Shown here: in pieces, positions 9,947 through 21,465 of the stretch | Position numbering within the stretch: the first letter of the stretch is position 1 | Layout: every line of letters starts with the position of its first letter | Assembly (NCBI GenBank): GCA_965197745.1 | Contig: CBDANS010000007.1 | Location: forward strand, 1,664,001-1,728,000 | From: Opitutales bacterium | GTDB taxonomy: Bacteria; Verrucomicrobiota; Verrucomicrobiia; Opitutales; PNEW01 | Length of the DNA: 64,000 bases | Reading direction: 5' to 3' | The notes under the pieces: model-generated | What the model was told of the DNA's origin: nothing | The model's database searches: none | Seen by the model: the letters and a program-made list of their open reading frames with translations, nothing else | Program-made: the position numbers and the translations under genes

Positions 9947-11296
9947 CATCGATCAAGGTCATCATCTTTAGCATACCGCCATTGTCTGTACGATCATGGA
10001 CAAAGTCCCAGGACCAGACGTGATTGCGACCGGTTGCTTTAGTAGGGAGCCCAGTAGAGATCCCCTGACGGTGTCTACGCTTTTTCGGGGGCTTTACCTG
10101 TAAGCCCGAAGAACGTCGCACTGCCTGTACAAATTTCCTGCTTGCCGCCCAACCTTCCTTCACCAGCAGGGCACGAATGCGCCGGTAACCGTAACGGGGA
10201 TGTTCCCAGGACAAGGTCAAAATCCGCTCGGCCAATTGCTGAGCCTTCTTACTGGCCTGCTTGGGTCGGTAGCTGTACGTTGACCAACTGAGGCTGAGAT
10301 AAGCACAAGCCCTCCGAAACGAGCACAGCCCCTTCTCAGCCGCATCTTTTACTGCTCGCTTCTTCTGCTTTGGGCTCACCATTTTTTTGAGAGCGTTTCC
10401 TCCAACACCCGAAGCTTGAGCATTTGATCAGCGAGCATCTTCTTCAGCTCCGTGTTCTCCTTTTCCAGTTCTTTAAATCGCTTCGCATCAGCCAGCTCCA
10501 AGTTGCCATACTTTTTGCGCCAGCGATAGAAGGTCTGTTCACTTAGGTTGTTGCCGTGGCAGACTTCCTGCACGGTTTTGCCCGTATCGGGCTGCCGGAG
10601 TATTGCTATGATCTGTTCTGTTGTATATCTTTTTCTTTTCATTGAGGTTATCTGTTTATCCCGATAACCTCTCTCTGTTAATGATACCATTTTTTGGGGT
10701 CACTCCACAACCATTTCCCACCTTATTGACGTAGCCCATATGCGGGGCAAAGGGGGCCACGTCATGAGACGTGTAGGTCAACTCAAGAACGGACACTAGG
10801 ACAATCTCCCGAGCTCACTTCGAGCCGAAGCGGACAGCCGCGCAGAGTTTCGGCGACAAAACGTGGAGTTGCTCGACGATGAACCAGTTGAGGTGTTGGC
10901 CTTCTTAAGTCTTCCCACAAGGGATCACTGTGGAGGGAGCACCAGCACCCCTTTTGTGCGGCGCGCCGCCGCGCCGGGCGAGGAGGGGACACGCGAGCCG
11001 CAGCCTCGCTTCGATTTGTCGCAGCGGACGCGGGCAACTCCTTTTGTCCTGCGTCTTATGTGGCGTTTCGGCGAAGTCCCACACCACAACGGCGGGGGCT
11101 CTGCCCTCTGAGGGAAAAGCGTTGTGGTTGTCGAAATCATGTCCACCCCTCCCCGTCTGAAAGGGGACACCCATCTGACGGCATATGCGTGACCCCCGAA
11201 GACGGAAATCGTCGATCATTCCTGCCCCGGACAAGGCAGCCATGGCGTTCAACAGCGGTCCGGTGACTTCCGTTTTCCTACCCGCTGGGGGCACGT

Positions 11297-11821
11297 TTAG
11301 CCTCCTTGATCTTCTTGGTAATTTGCGAGGGAATCTTCGTACGCTTCGCGCCTCGTGTCCCACGGCACATCTGTGAACCCGTCGATGATGTTGAGGGAAA
11401 GTTGGGCTTCCGCCATGTACCCGCGACGTTCATTCTGGTTCGTCAGGATCAACTGAACCAAGCGAACGCGGTCTGGATAGCGAATCCACCCCTCAACCTC
11501 CCGGCGCAGCCAGTCAAGCCAGAGCCTTGGGGTCTCGTCAAGCGGTTCCTTTCGCATGAACGGCAGCGCCAACTGCCGATAGTCATGCCGGAAGCGCCAG
11601 ACTGCAGCCAAAAGGTCGTGAGCATGCTGCAGTGTTCTGTGATCGAAACTATCAATCCTGCCCCATTCTCGGTGATCGGTATCGTCCAGAACAATTCGGG
11701 CAAACTCCGCGTACAGGTTACATCGCGAAACAATGATCCCTTGTGCTTGTGGATACACGTCGTGTTGTTTCCCGGCCACTTCCATGTCCACGTCACCTTC
11801 AAAAAAGGACCCGACAATCAC
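11297..11821 (-). CDS. Hypothetical protein (GC-rich segment)
   Basis: 174-aa ORF with protein-like composition; family not recognised. Confidence 0.45.
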   Translation of the reverse strand: MIVGSFFEGDVDMEVAGKQHDVYPQAQGIIVSRCNLYAEFARIVLDDTDHREWGRIDSFDHRTLQHAHDLLAAVWRFRHDYRQLALPFMRKEPLDETPRLWLDWLRREVEGWIRYPDRVRLVQLILTNQNERRGYMAEAQLSLNIIDGFTDVPWDTRREAYEDSLANYQEDQGG

Positions 11822-11983
11822 TTGGTCTCTCCAGCAAATTTCGGCCGGTGGGTGCTATACCGCAAGCACTGCGACCGCCAATTGCGTTCCGCAATCGCCT
11901 CACCGGCGCGGAAGTGTCGGTCGATTACCATCTCTGCACACCCATATTACACAGTTGTTCGCGCGGCAGCTCTCTGTATAGGC

Positions 11984-12703
11984 TTATCGGAGCCCAACCT
12001 CCACCAACGTCCTCAGTCGTTGCTTCTCCTTGTGAATACGCTGTTCCTTTTCGCTTTCTCGACGGCCTTCGTTAAGTGTATGAACATGGCCAGCGCATTG
12101 CGCACCAATTTCCAGCAATGCAATCAGATCGTTTCTTATCTGTTCATTATTGTGAATAACTGCTCCATATTCGTTTGACCATCCCATCCACACACTTCTT
12201 GCAGCCATATGAACCGAATCATTCCACCAATCCTTCTTTCCTCTCATCCAGCTCACGGTTGTTCTCATGATATTTTGCTTGTTCAGATCATTCCACATTC
12301 TATCTAGGCTTGGAGACTTCCTCTTACTTAACAGGGTCTTCCATGCCCTTGCCGCATCTCCAGAACTTCTAAACAAGAAATTTTCCGCATATTCTTCTTT
12401 CGCGACGAATTCGAGCCAAATCCCTCTAGTGTAACTCTCAAACATCGGCCTCTTAGTCAATCCGAATAACAGTCCATCTTGCCGATTCTTCAAACTGGAT
12501 CCTAGTAATTGTGCACCCAGGCTAGCTATTCTTATCGCTGCGTTGTATTGCAATATGGCTCCCATACCTTTCCAACCAATTGTTTCGACATATACTGATG
12601 GACGCTTCTTCGTACGCTCAACCCCGGCCTCCCAAGCCGAAAGATTACGAGAAACTTCACCTACTAATTCTTCCAGTCCCGGCTTAAGAGATTTTTCTTG
12701 CAT
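11984..12703 (-). CDS. Hypothetical helical protein, possibly DUF5677/HEPN-like
   Basis: RPMFESYTRGIWL and late SVH motif; purine-rich RBS-like sequence upstream. Confidence 0.5.
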   Translation of the reverse strand: MQEKSLKPGLEELVGEVSRNLSAWEAGVERTKKRPSVYVETIGWKGMGAILQYNAAIRIASLGAQLLGSSLKNRQDGLLFGLTKRPMFESYTRGIWLEFVAKEEYAENFLFRSSGDAARAWKTLLSKRKSPSLDRMWNDLNKQNIMRTTVSWMRGKKDWWNDSVHMAARSVWMGWSNEYGAVIHNNEQIRNDLIALLEIGAQCAGHVHTLNEGRRESEKEQRIHKEKQRLRTLVEVGLR

Positions 12704-12726
12704 GCTTGCTCTTCTCCAATCGAGTA

Positions 12727-14087
12727 TGATTAGACCCCATAATTACTACCAAGTTAAGTGAGAGCCATTCCGTGGGTTATCTGTTGTTGGTTTAGCAGAT
12801 GCTGGCGGAGGGAGGCCGGAGGCCGAGTGGAGCCAGCACCTGTTGGATTGAGTTGCTGCCAGAGTTTGGCAAAAGCGTTGGAGAGAGAAAGCCTAAACGA
12901 CTATGAGGGTGATGGGTATTGTATTTTTGCTTCCCCGCATGGATGACAACACGCGCTTCGGTAACGCTTAGAAACCACTCTTGGTTTAAGCATGAGTGCT
13001 TCGCTATGTCGTCACTACGTTCCTCGGTACGTCACGCAGTCGATTGTGAAAGGATTCAACATGGCCGTTCTGCCAAGGACTGCCAGGGTCGATGTAGATA
13101 ATGTCGATCTGGCGCTTGAGGAGTGCTTCTCTGACTTTTTGTGCTACGAACTCCGAACCGTTATCGGAGCGGATGCATTGGGGTCTGCCATACTCTTCAA
13201 TAGCTTCGACTAAGACCTTGCACCACGTCTTCGCTTTTGAGCGAACGAGATACCTTTATGGCCAGGCATTGACGGGTATACTGATCGACACGGTGAGAAT
13301 GCGGAAAGGGCGGCCGTTGACCAGCCGATCGCTCATAAAGTCCATCGACCAGCGTTCCTGGGCAGCTGAAGCCGCGGGCAGTGAGACCCGCCTTTGCGCG
13401 GCACGCTTCTTACGTTTCTTCGTGCGCACTTCCAGCCCTTCGGCCTTGTAGATCCGATAGACGCGTTTCTTTCCTACCGACCAGCCCTCCCGCTTTAATA
13501 ACACCGTGATTCGCCTATACCCGTAGCGCACACGCGCGGCGGCGAGGTCTCGTATGCGCACAATCAGCGCGCGTTCGTCCCTCATCACCGGCTGATAGTT
13601 ATAACTCGACCAATACAACTGCATCAGCCTGTACGCCCGGCGTTTGCTAACTTCATAAGCTTCCACTAACCACTCAGCAATCACCTTCTTGCCCACTGGC
13701 TTTACAACTTTTTTGAGATAACTTCCTGCACCATGTGCTTGTCCAGGCTCAGATCAGCGACCAGCTTCTTCAAACTGGCGTTCTCTTCGTCGAGTTGCTT
13801 CAGCCGTCTTAATTCACTGATTCCCATGCCCGTGTATTTACCCTTCCAACGGTGGTAGGTCTGTTCGCTCACCCCTAACTCCCGGCACCCTTCGGCGATC
13901 CTTCGACCACCTTCTACCTGCCTTAGGGCATAGATGATTTGTTCTTTATTATAGCGTTTGTCAGGCCTTCTCGGCTGCGCCTCGTTTTCCTTTGCTTTTC
14001 ATGGATCGTTCTTTCTCCTATTTTTATTAGCTTTTCTACCCACGCCAGACTAAATCTTTCCTGGTCCAGTTTTACGGGGACAGGTCA
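12727..14087 (-). mobile_element. Chimeric IS3: lineage D 5' part fused to lineage C 3' part
   Basis: Ends TGACCTGTCCCC.. (14087) and ..GGGGTCTAATCA (12727); WSMDF, SDNGSEF, PWQNGHVESF; frameshifts. Confidence 0.85.
12994..13029 (-). repeat. Micro-element, site-4 type, in IS3 lineage C
   Basis: GAC G[taccgaggaacgtagtgacgacatagcgaagcactc]A TGC. Confidence 0.9.
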
Positions 14088-14089
14088 AT

Positions 14090-16663
14090 ATGAGTTCGCA
14101 CCTATTTTTTACCAAAATATTTAGATTAAACTGCTTGAAGTACTTTCTGGTGCTGAGTTTTGTGTTTTCGCTGTTCGCCTACCCGCGTGTCTTGGCTCAG
14201 GATGAGGAGATTGTGGAACTTGAAGAATTGGCAGTGGTCGGTTCGCGCAGTCCGTTCCGCACGGTTGCTGATTCTCCAGTGCCGGTAGATGTGATCGAAG
14301 CCGAGATTTTCATCAACCTGCCCGATACGGATATGGACGATATGCTAAGAGCGATCATTCCCTCTTACAACGTCAACCAGCAACCCATCAGTGATGCCGC
14401 CACACTGATGCGTCCGGCCAATCTTCGAGGGCTGCCCCCGGACGACACCCTGGTCTTAATCAATGGCAAACGGCGTCATCGAGGCAGCGTGATTACTTTT
14501 GGAGGAAGAGGTATTTCGGATGGGGCACAGGGACCTGATCTTTCTGTTATCCCCGCCATTGCTCTTGATCGTGTGGAAGTCTTACACGACGGGGCATCAG
14601 CTCAGTACGGCTCTGACGCCATCGCCGGAGTGATTAATTTCGTGCTCAAGGACAATCCCGATGGAGGGATGCTTAAAGCCCAATGGGGAGAGACCTACGT
14701 GGGCGACGGTGATACTTTCACCATGGCCACGAACATGGGCCTGCCCTTGACCGACACAGGTTTTGCGAACTTCAGTCTCGAATACAAAGAAGCCCAACCG
14801 ACCAGCCGCAGCGTTCAGCGTGCCGACGCCCAGGTGCTGATCGACGCGGGCAACACTGCGGTGCGCACCCCTGCAGCCCAGATCTGGGGAGCTCCGGAGA
14901 TTAAATACGACTTTAAATTCTTTGCCAATATGGGCCTCGACCTGGGCAACAGCGAAGTCTACTCCTTTGCCAACTGGGCAAAACGGGAGATCGAAGGAGG
15001 CTTCTTTTTCCGTAATCCCAACACCCGCGACGGGGTGTTCAGAGGGCCGGTGGTAGAGGGCTCCCCCACCATCTTAGTGGCTGATTTTACAGGTAACAAC
15101 TCTCCTCCCATGGTCAAAGTTATCGACAACGTGCCCGATGCGGCCGCTCTAGACGCAGTCGCTGCCAACCCCAACTACTTTGCCTTTAACGAGCGCTTTC
15201 CCGGTGGGTTTACCCCTCAGTTTGGCGGCACCATCACCGACGTGAGTCTCGCTTTCGGACTCCGCGGGGAGTCGGACAGCAACTGGTTCTATGACTTGAG
15301 CGCTGTTTTCGGCCGAAACAATGTGGAATTTTACATGGAAAACACGATCAATCCACAACTGGCCACCCAAAAAAACAACATCCCCACCCAATACAAACCC
15401 GGCGCCTACACCGAGACCGATCGCGTTGTCAATTTAGACCTCTCCAGGCAATTCGACAATGATATTTTCCATTCCCCTCTCAATGTCGCTTTTGGATTGG
15501 AGTATCGCGGCGAAAATTTCAAGATCGAAAACGGGGATCTTAATTCTTTCTTTATCGACCCCATCCTCGCCGCCCAGGGTTTCGGGATTGGCTCCAACGG
15601 CTTTCCGGGGTTCAAGCCGGAGGATGCGGGGGAGGCTGACAGGGTCAGTTACGCCGCCTACCTCGACTTCGAAGCCGACGTGGTCAAGAATCTTTTAGTC
15701 GGTGCAGCGGTTCGCTATGAGGACTATGAAGACTTCGGCAACGCCTTAAACGGCAAGATAACCGCTCGCAGACAGCTGACCGATAACTTTGCCCTGCGCG
15801 GCTCGTTGAGCACCGGGTTCCGCGCCCCGACGGTAGGTCAATCGAGCGTTCGCAATGTGAACACTTCCTTCACCAATGGAAGGTTGGCAGATCAGGCGAC
15901 CCTGCCGCCCACCAATCCCATTTCGGTGCAAAAGGGTGGCAGGTTGCTGGAGCCGGAAACCTCCACTAATGTTGCCCTCGGCACAGTGTTCAACCTTGGG
16001 GAACTCGACTTGAGCGTCGACTATTACAACATCACGTTGGAAGACCGGATCGCGCTCACCAGTGTCCAGATTTTAACCCAGGAAGATATTGACGCGCTGC
16101 TGGCTCAGGGAGTCGCCGATGCCTCCAGTTTCACCGGAATAAGATTCTTTACCAACGATTTTGATACCACCACCCAGGGAATTGACATCGTGGCCTCTTA
16201 CTCCACAGATCGATTTGGCGGCGACAATACGCTCTTCAGCTTCGCGGCGAACTGGACGGAGACCAAGGTTGACAGGTTCAATCCGGAGATCATCGATCCG
16301 CTGGTGCGGGTAGGACAACTGGAAAAATCCCTGCCGGAAGTCCGCTTCTCCATGACCGCTAACCACTACCAAGGGCCTTGGCGCTTCCTCGGACGCGTCC
16401 AATACTATGACGACTTCCTGGAGTTCCATGGGAATCAGGCTTCCCTGCCCATCAACGCCACTGCCAAGTGGCTTTTTGACGCGGAGGTGGCATACACTTT
16501 CAACGAGAGGGTAACCTTTGTGGCGGGCGCGCAGAACCTTTTTGACAATTATCCGACCGAGAATCCCCATGCGGAGATTCTGGGGGCGAAATATCCTAGG
16601 GTTTCGCCCTATGGATTTAACGGCGGATTCTATTACTTCAAGGCCATTTGGAAATTCCGTTAA
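14090..16663 (+). CDS. TonB-dependent receptor
   Basis: Signal peptide, VVGSR TonB box, plug LRGL..D.TLVLINGKR / YGSDAIAGVINF, aromatic C-terminus. Confidence 0.92.
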   Translation: MSSHLFFTKIFRLNCLKYFLVLSFVFSLFAYPRVLAQDEEIVELEELAVVGSRSPFRTVADSPVPVDVIEAEIFINLPDTDMDDMLRAIIPSYNVNQQPISDAATLMRPANLRGLPPDDTLVLINGKRRHRGSVITFGGRGISDGAQGPDLSVIPAIALDRVEVLHDGASAQYGSDAIAGVINFVLKDNPDGGMLKAQWGETYVGDGDTFTMATNMGLPLTDTGFANFSLEYKEAQPTSRSVQRADAQVLIDAGNTAVRTPAAQIWGAPEIKYDFKFFANMGLDLGNSEVYSFANWAKREIEGGFFFRNPNTRDGVFRGPVVEGSPTILVADFTGNNSPPMVKVIDNVPDAAALDAVAANPNYFAFNERFPGGFTPQFGGTITDVSLAFGLRGESDSNWFYDLSAVFGRNNVEFYMENTINPQLATQKNNIPTQYKPGAYTETDRVVNLDLSRQFDNDIFHSPLNVAFGLEYRGENFKIENGDLNSFFIDPILAAQGFGIGSNGFPGFKPEDAGEADRVSYAAYLDFEADVVKNLLVGAAVRYEDYEDFGNALNGKITARRQLTDNFALRGSLSTGFRAPTVGQSSVRNVNTSFTNGRLADQATLPPTNPISVQKGGRLLEPETSTNVALGTVFNLGELDLSVDYYNITLEDRIALTSVQILTQEDIDALLAQGVADASSFTGIRFFTNDFDTTTQGIDIVASYSTDRFGGDNTLFSFAANWTETKVDRFNPEIIDPLVRVGQLEKSLPEVRFSMTANHYQGPWRFLGRVQYYDDFLEFHGNQASLPINATAKWLFDAEVAYTFNERVTFVAGAQNLFDNYPTENPHAEILGAKYPRVSPYGFNGGFYYFKAIWKFR

Positions 16664-16762
16664 CTTTTCCCCCTATTGTTCCCACTCTCCATCGATATCT
16701 CAACGCCCTAAAAAGGCGCCAGAGGAACGCACGGTTCAAAGATGGTACCTTTTGCAGGGTGT

Positions 16763-18255
16763 GATATGCTCCCATTTACTAGACCAAGCTCAGTGTTAGG
16801 ATTTGCTGGTTGGAGGGGGGCGGTTATCAGTTTGCATATGGCTTGCTGGGCGTATTCGGCCGGAGGTCGCCGGAGGCCGATAGCCCAGCGAGCTGCGTAG
16901 TCTTTGAGTATTATAATCGAGGCGGTATGGTGTAAGCTTTTCCCGTGCCTCAGTCAGGGAAAAGAAGATCTCTGGGTTAAGGAGTTCGTCGCGTAGCTTG
17001 CCATTGAAGAACTCAATGTAAGCGTTCTCTGGTCGGTCTACCTGAGAACTCGGGCCCGCTATCGACGGTGATGGCCTTGGGTAAACCACCGGTGTTTACC
17101 GATGCTCTCTCCAGCACCTCGATGACTTTGCCGGCGTCGATGGACTGATCGGCGTAGAGCACCGGGCAGAGCGGTCATAGCGATCCACTACTGTAAGCAC
17201 CCGGAAACACCGCCCATCCGCCAACTTACCCTCCATGAAGTCCATGCTCCTGTGTTGGCGTGAGGCTCGGGCTTGAGCCAACTGCACCTGTGGCAGGGAA
17301 GCCCACTTCTTACGTTTTTGGATGCGCACTTCCAGCCCCCTCGGCCTTGTAGGTGACGTAGACACGCTTTGTGGCCCACCCGGCCAGCATCTCGCTTTAG
17401 CAAACACTGTCGGACGCCGATAACCGTAACGCATGCGCAATGCTGCCAGATCGCCGATACGCACGGACAGAGCTCGATCGTCCGGTTTTGGCTTGGGCCA
17501 ACACATAAAGCTTGACCCGTTAAGTTGCAGCAGCCTGAACCCGCAACGGTAGCTGATCTCGAAGACCTCAGCGGCCTTACCCACCAGCTGCACCTTGCGT
17601 ACAGGCTTCAGAGCTATATTGAGACGATCTCCTGCAGGATATGTTTGTCCAGGTTCAGGTCGACCACCAGCTTACGTAAGCTGTTGTTCTCGTCTTCCGG
17701 CTTCTTCAACCGGGGTAGCTCGCTTACGCCTATGCCGCATACTGCTTCTTCCAGCGGTAGTAGGTCTGCTCCGAGACTCCTGGCTCGCGACACACATCGG
17801 CGATCCTGCGACCGCTGTCTGCTTGCCGCAAAGCGTAGATGATTTGTTCTTCTTTATAGTCTTTATAGCGTTTACCTTTGCTTTTCATAATGGACCGGGT
17901 TCCATTCTATGAACCCCGATCCAACCCAATGGGATCAACCTGCATACCCGGCGTTTGCTTACCTCATAAGCTTCCATTATCCACTTAGCTATCGACTTTT
18001 TGCGCAAAGGATTAATTTGCTGATTCCTAAACCTGTATATTTACACTTCCAACGGGGGTAAAGGCCTTGTTCGCACAACTCGGACCTTCGGTATCCCTTC
18101 GTCCGCCTTCTGCCTGCTTTATGAAATAGATCATTTGCTCTTTATGATAACGCATGCCTTTTCTACTGATGGGTGGTTTTTATCCTGTCTTTTATCAGGT
18201 TTTCCTCCCATGAAAGACTAAATCTTTGCTCGTCCAGTTTAATGGGGTCAGGTCA
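16763..18255 (-). mobile_element. Degenerate IS3 (lineage D-like) remnants, nested
   Basis: NAYIEFFNGKLRDELLN, YGYRR, SMDF fragments; end TGACCTGACCCC at 18255. Confidence 0.8.
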
Positions 18256-18290
18256 CAGTCCCTCTATTTTATTAAGCTTACTTAACTGAT

Positions 18291-18790
18291 TCATCCCCGA
18301 GGGACTATTCGCCAGAAACGATCTGCTTCCTCAGTAGTTACCAGGTCGAGATAGTAATTACGGATCACGGATTCAGAGTTGCTTGCCTGAGGTGCAGCGT
18401 CTCCTACCGAGCGGAAGGACCCCACCGTCATCGAAATATAGGTATGCCGTAGGGCATTAGGTGGAGTTTGCGCTATTTACGGACATTAGCCTACATGTCG
18501 CGGAATCTCCTTGTTGGTATGGTGAGGTAGCTGCCAGGAGGATACTTCTCCAACCAGAGGCTACGGGTGGGCTGGATTTTAACGGATCGCTTATCCTTTA
18601 CTTTGGAGACATCCGGTTCGATAAGGATAACCCCGCTATCCCTATGGATGTGTTTAGGTTTGAGTTTGCTCATTTTACCGTGTTTCCAGTCAAGTCTGTA
18701 AACAAAGTTTTTCTTAATCTACTTCATAGGGAAATCTGGAGGTGCCATTACAGGTTCTGGTGCGATTAAACTTGTCTCCACCGGGCGCAT
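18291..18790 (-). pseudogene. Tyrosine recombinase/integrase remnant
   Basis: GVILIEPDVSKVKDKRSV.IQP, then NALRHTYISM...SVGDAA.QASNSESVIRNYY...EEADRFWRIVP; frameshifted and deleted. Confidence 0.75.
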
Positions 18791-18833
18791 AAATTTATTG
18801 TTTTGCCTCACAAGGGTCTGTTAATCGAGATTA

Positions 18834-19032
18834 TTAAATTCACTCAAAAATTATTGACCGATTCCTGGCTGAACCTTACCAAAAAAGTATTCCTGCCCAT
18901 TCCTGCCAAACATTTTGAGGCAAGGTCAGGAAATTAGAGGAAAATATAAATTATTATTGTGCCGTTATTTAAGTATAACTAATTGTTAATAAGCAGTTTA
19001 TAAGGCATTATTGAGTCCCGTTCATAGTCGGT
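18834..19032. repeat. ~195 bp att-arm-like repeat, copy 1
   Basis: Near-identical to 25400-25588 and 28834-29034; internal attcctgcc direct repeats. Confidence 0.9.
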
Positions 19033-19366
19033 TTCATCGAGTCGTTTCACAACCGCTTACGCGATGTACCGAGGAACGTAGTGACGACATAGCGAAGCGC
19101 TCATGTTTGAACCCTGAAGTGTTGCTCAGCGTGGCTGAAGCGCAAGTTCTAATCGAACAATGGCGTCAGACCTATAACAATGAACATCCCCACCGTCGAT
19201 CAGGCTTTCAAAGCCCACAAGAGTTTGTCACATTCCTTTCAGATCTTGGCCGCGTTCGGGCTACGCCCTCACTTCGCCAAGATCTCTCATATACATCAAT
19301 CCTAAAACCATTAACACCCGGTAGCTCTCTCACTTAATAATTGGTACGAAAAACGGGGTCCAATCA
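19029..19366 (+). mobile_element. IS3 lineage B 3' half
   Basis: Begins at GFIESF; ends ..ggggtccaatca. Confidence 0.9.
19067..19102 (+). repeat. Micro-element, site-4
   Basis: Identical to 9544-9579 (reverse complement). Confidence 0.9.
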
Positions 19367-19559
19367 GTTTTTTAGAATATAAATTTAAAAAAGCGGTAAG
19401 GATCAGCTGAAGCTCAGCCACTGCTGAGCTATTGCGATTAAGCACCGTGTTTCACCTAACTTATATCCTATGTATACTCTGCGCTCTCTGCGTCTCCGCG
19501 GGAAAACATTTGCTGAACTGAATGTTGTATATTTAGATGTAACCCTATTAATCTAAGGC

Positions 19560-21158
19560 ATGATGGATCAACCGTTTCGACTGATATGGGAGGCTGAATG
19601 GAACGACATCGCGTGCGTGGATTACCCGCTAACGCCGGAGCAATGGCTGGGCGAATGCATACGCCCGCTAGAGGGGACGCAGGTAGACTGCCTGCTCTAC
19701 AACCTGTGCTCGTCGGACGCATACTGCTGTGACCTGGAGAGCGGCGAGATCCTGGGCGATGAGTTCGAGCAATTCCCGGATGCATGGGTTTGGCGCTATC
19801 GAGAGAATACCAAGAAGCTGATCGAGGCGAACGCGAACCCGCCAAAGCTTGCGTGTGAGTACGGGCGCCGCATGGGATTGAAGCTGATACCGGTCGTTCG
19901 CATGAATGATCCACACGACCAGGCTTACAAGTACGAGGTCAGCCGGTTCAAAATGGCCAACCTGCATCTGCTCTTGGGTTACACCGGACCGGATTGGCAG
20001 CCGCCTTGGGGGACTTGGTGGCGAGCGCACCCCAATCCCGAGAGTATGGACGCCACCAATTGGGGACTGTTTGATTTTGCGCACAAAGAGGTCCGCGACC
20101 ACAAAATGGCCATCATCGAGGAGTTCATCACCCGATGGGACAACGACGGCATCGCGCTTGATTTCGAACGCGATCCTCGCTACTTCAAAGAGTTCGGCAA
20201 GGCGGAAAACGCCGTGCTTATCACGGACATAGTGCGGCAAACGCGCGAGCTTCTGGACCGCGTGAGCTGCGAACGTAGTCGACCCATGTACCTGCATGTG
20301 CGTGTCGTGGCGGATATCGACACGTGCTGGCAACGAGGACTGGACGTGCACACGTGGGTGAAAGAGGGATTGGTCGACGTCGTTGTGCCTGGCGCCGGAT
20401 ACATGTTATTCGATATGGACCTTGGTCCGTGGTTGGAACTGGTCGAAGGGCATGACTGCTGGATATTCCCCTGCGTGAACCACTGGAGAAAGACGGAAGT
20501 GACCCGCGCCTGGGCCAAGTTGATGTATCAACGGGGAGCGCATGGGCTGCAACTGTTCAACTTCGGGCACTTGCTCTACGGACACGGTATAGATACGCCA
20601 CCGCAATCCGAACGGACAGGGACGGTCTGGTACGACGATCTGCACCCGGAGTATTACCGTGTGCTGCACGAGATCCACGATCCGGGCGTGATTGCCTTTC
20701 TCAACTGCGATTACGATCTCGATTCACATCCGCGCGCACCAAACCAGGGAGCTCATTCGGGACAGAACCACAGGACCTACCGGGGTATCGACGCGATCGT
20801 GCTCCCTGTGGAGCTGTCGGTTGGGTCACACGTCATCCCGTTCGGGATTGCCGATGATCTGGAAGCGGCGCGGCAACGGGCGCTGTCGCCGAGAGTCACC
20901 TTGCACTTGCAGGTACACAACTTCACGCGGCCCGATGAGTATAAGGTCTCAGTTAACGGAAGCTTATTGCCGGGAGATGCTCGGAGCACTCGGGCGCAGT
21001 TTATCATGGACAATTTTACCCGAATGACTTATCTCCTGCCGCCCGATGTCTTGAGGCTCGGTCAGAATGAATTGAAGATCGAAGTGGAACGCCTCAACCC
21101 GGCAATTTGCGTGACTCCGCGGCTGGATCACGTCGAGATTCTCGTGCAATATGCCTGA
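19560..21158 (+). CDS. Glycoside hydrolase-like (GHL10/family-10-like TIM barrel) protein
   Basis: RMND.H, FDFAH.EVRD, DGIALDFER, W.KEGLVD motifs; GC higher than neighbours. Confidence 0.65.
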   Translation: MMDQPFRLIWEAEWNDIACVDYPLTPEQWLGECIRPLEGTQVDCLLYNLCSSDAYCCDLESGEILGDEFEQFPDAWVWRYRENTKKLIEANANPPKLACEYGRRMGLKLIPVVRMNDPHDQAYKYEVSRFKMANLHLLLGYTGPDWQPPWGTWWRAHPNPESMDATNWGLFDFAHKEVRDHKMAIIEEFITRWDNDGIALDFERDPRYFKEFGKAENAVLITDIVRQTRELLDRVSCERSRPMYLHVRVVADIDTCWQRGLDVHTWVKEGLVDVVVPGAGYMLFDMDLGPWLELVEGHDCWIFPCVNHWRKTEVTRAWAKLMYQRGAHGLQLFNFGHLLYGHGIDTPPQSERTGTVWYDDLHPEYYRVLHEIHDPGVIAFLNCDYDLDSHPRAPNQGAHSGQNHRTYRGIDAIVLPVELSVGSHVIPFGIADDLEAARQRALSPRVTLHLQVHNFTRPDEYKVSVNGSLLPGDARSTRAQFIMDNFTRMTYLLPPDVLRLGQNELKIEVERLNPAICVTPRLDHVEILVQYA

Positions 21159-21262
21159 GCGCACCCGTTTAGTGTGCTACATGCACAATTCAGAACAGAT
21201 CAGAATATTACTTCCGCGCTCTGGGTGTCAATCAGGCCGTCTCAATTGCGGATTGATTCCAT

Positions 21263-21419
21263 TTGTCATCGCGAAGGAAGCGTAGCTGACTGTGGCTACC
21301 GAGCGTGAAACGCGACATCTTCTATTCCAGGGGGCTGTCAATACGTGACCGACATCCTCCTGGAGTGGAAGATGTCGCTGAGCTCGGTAGCTTCGTCGCA
21401 TTGCTCCTCGCAATGACAA
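21263..21419. repeat. GTCAT(T/C)GCGAG-type REP-like palindrome with a micro-element in each arm (21297-21316 +, 21374-21389 -)
   Basis: ttgtcatcgcga... ...cctcgcaatgacaa long imperfect inverted repeat. Confidence 0.8.
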
Positions 21420-21465
21420 GAGGATAATTACGAAGATAAGGATTATATTCGATAACCGTTAGACA

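Larger units (their letters stand above)
9280..10707 (-). mobile_element. IS3-family element, lineage B copy 1 (1428 bp, four micro-inserts)
   Basis: IRs TGGAGTGACCCC.. / ..GGGGTCCAACCA; orfA 10376-10642; A7 frameshift site; DDE motifs interrupted. Confidence 0.95.

Noticed and set aside
11306..12178. 290-aa plus-strand ORF and other long antisense ORFs (512-1144, 19668-20351, 27145-27696)
   Set aside because: Shadows of better-supported genes on the opposite strand.
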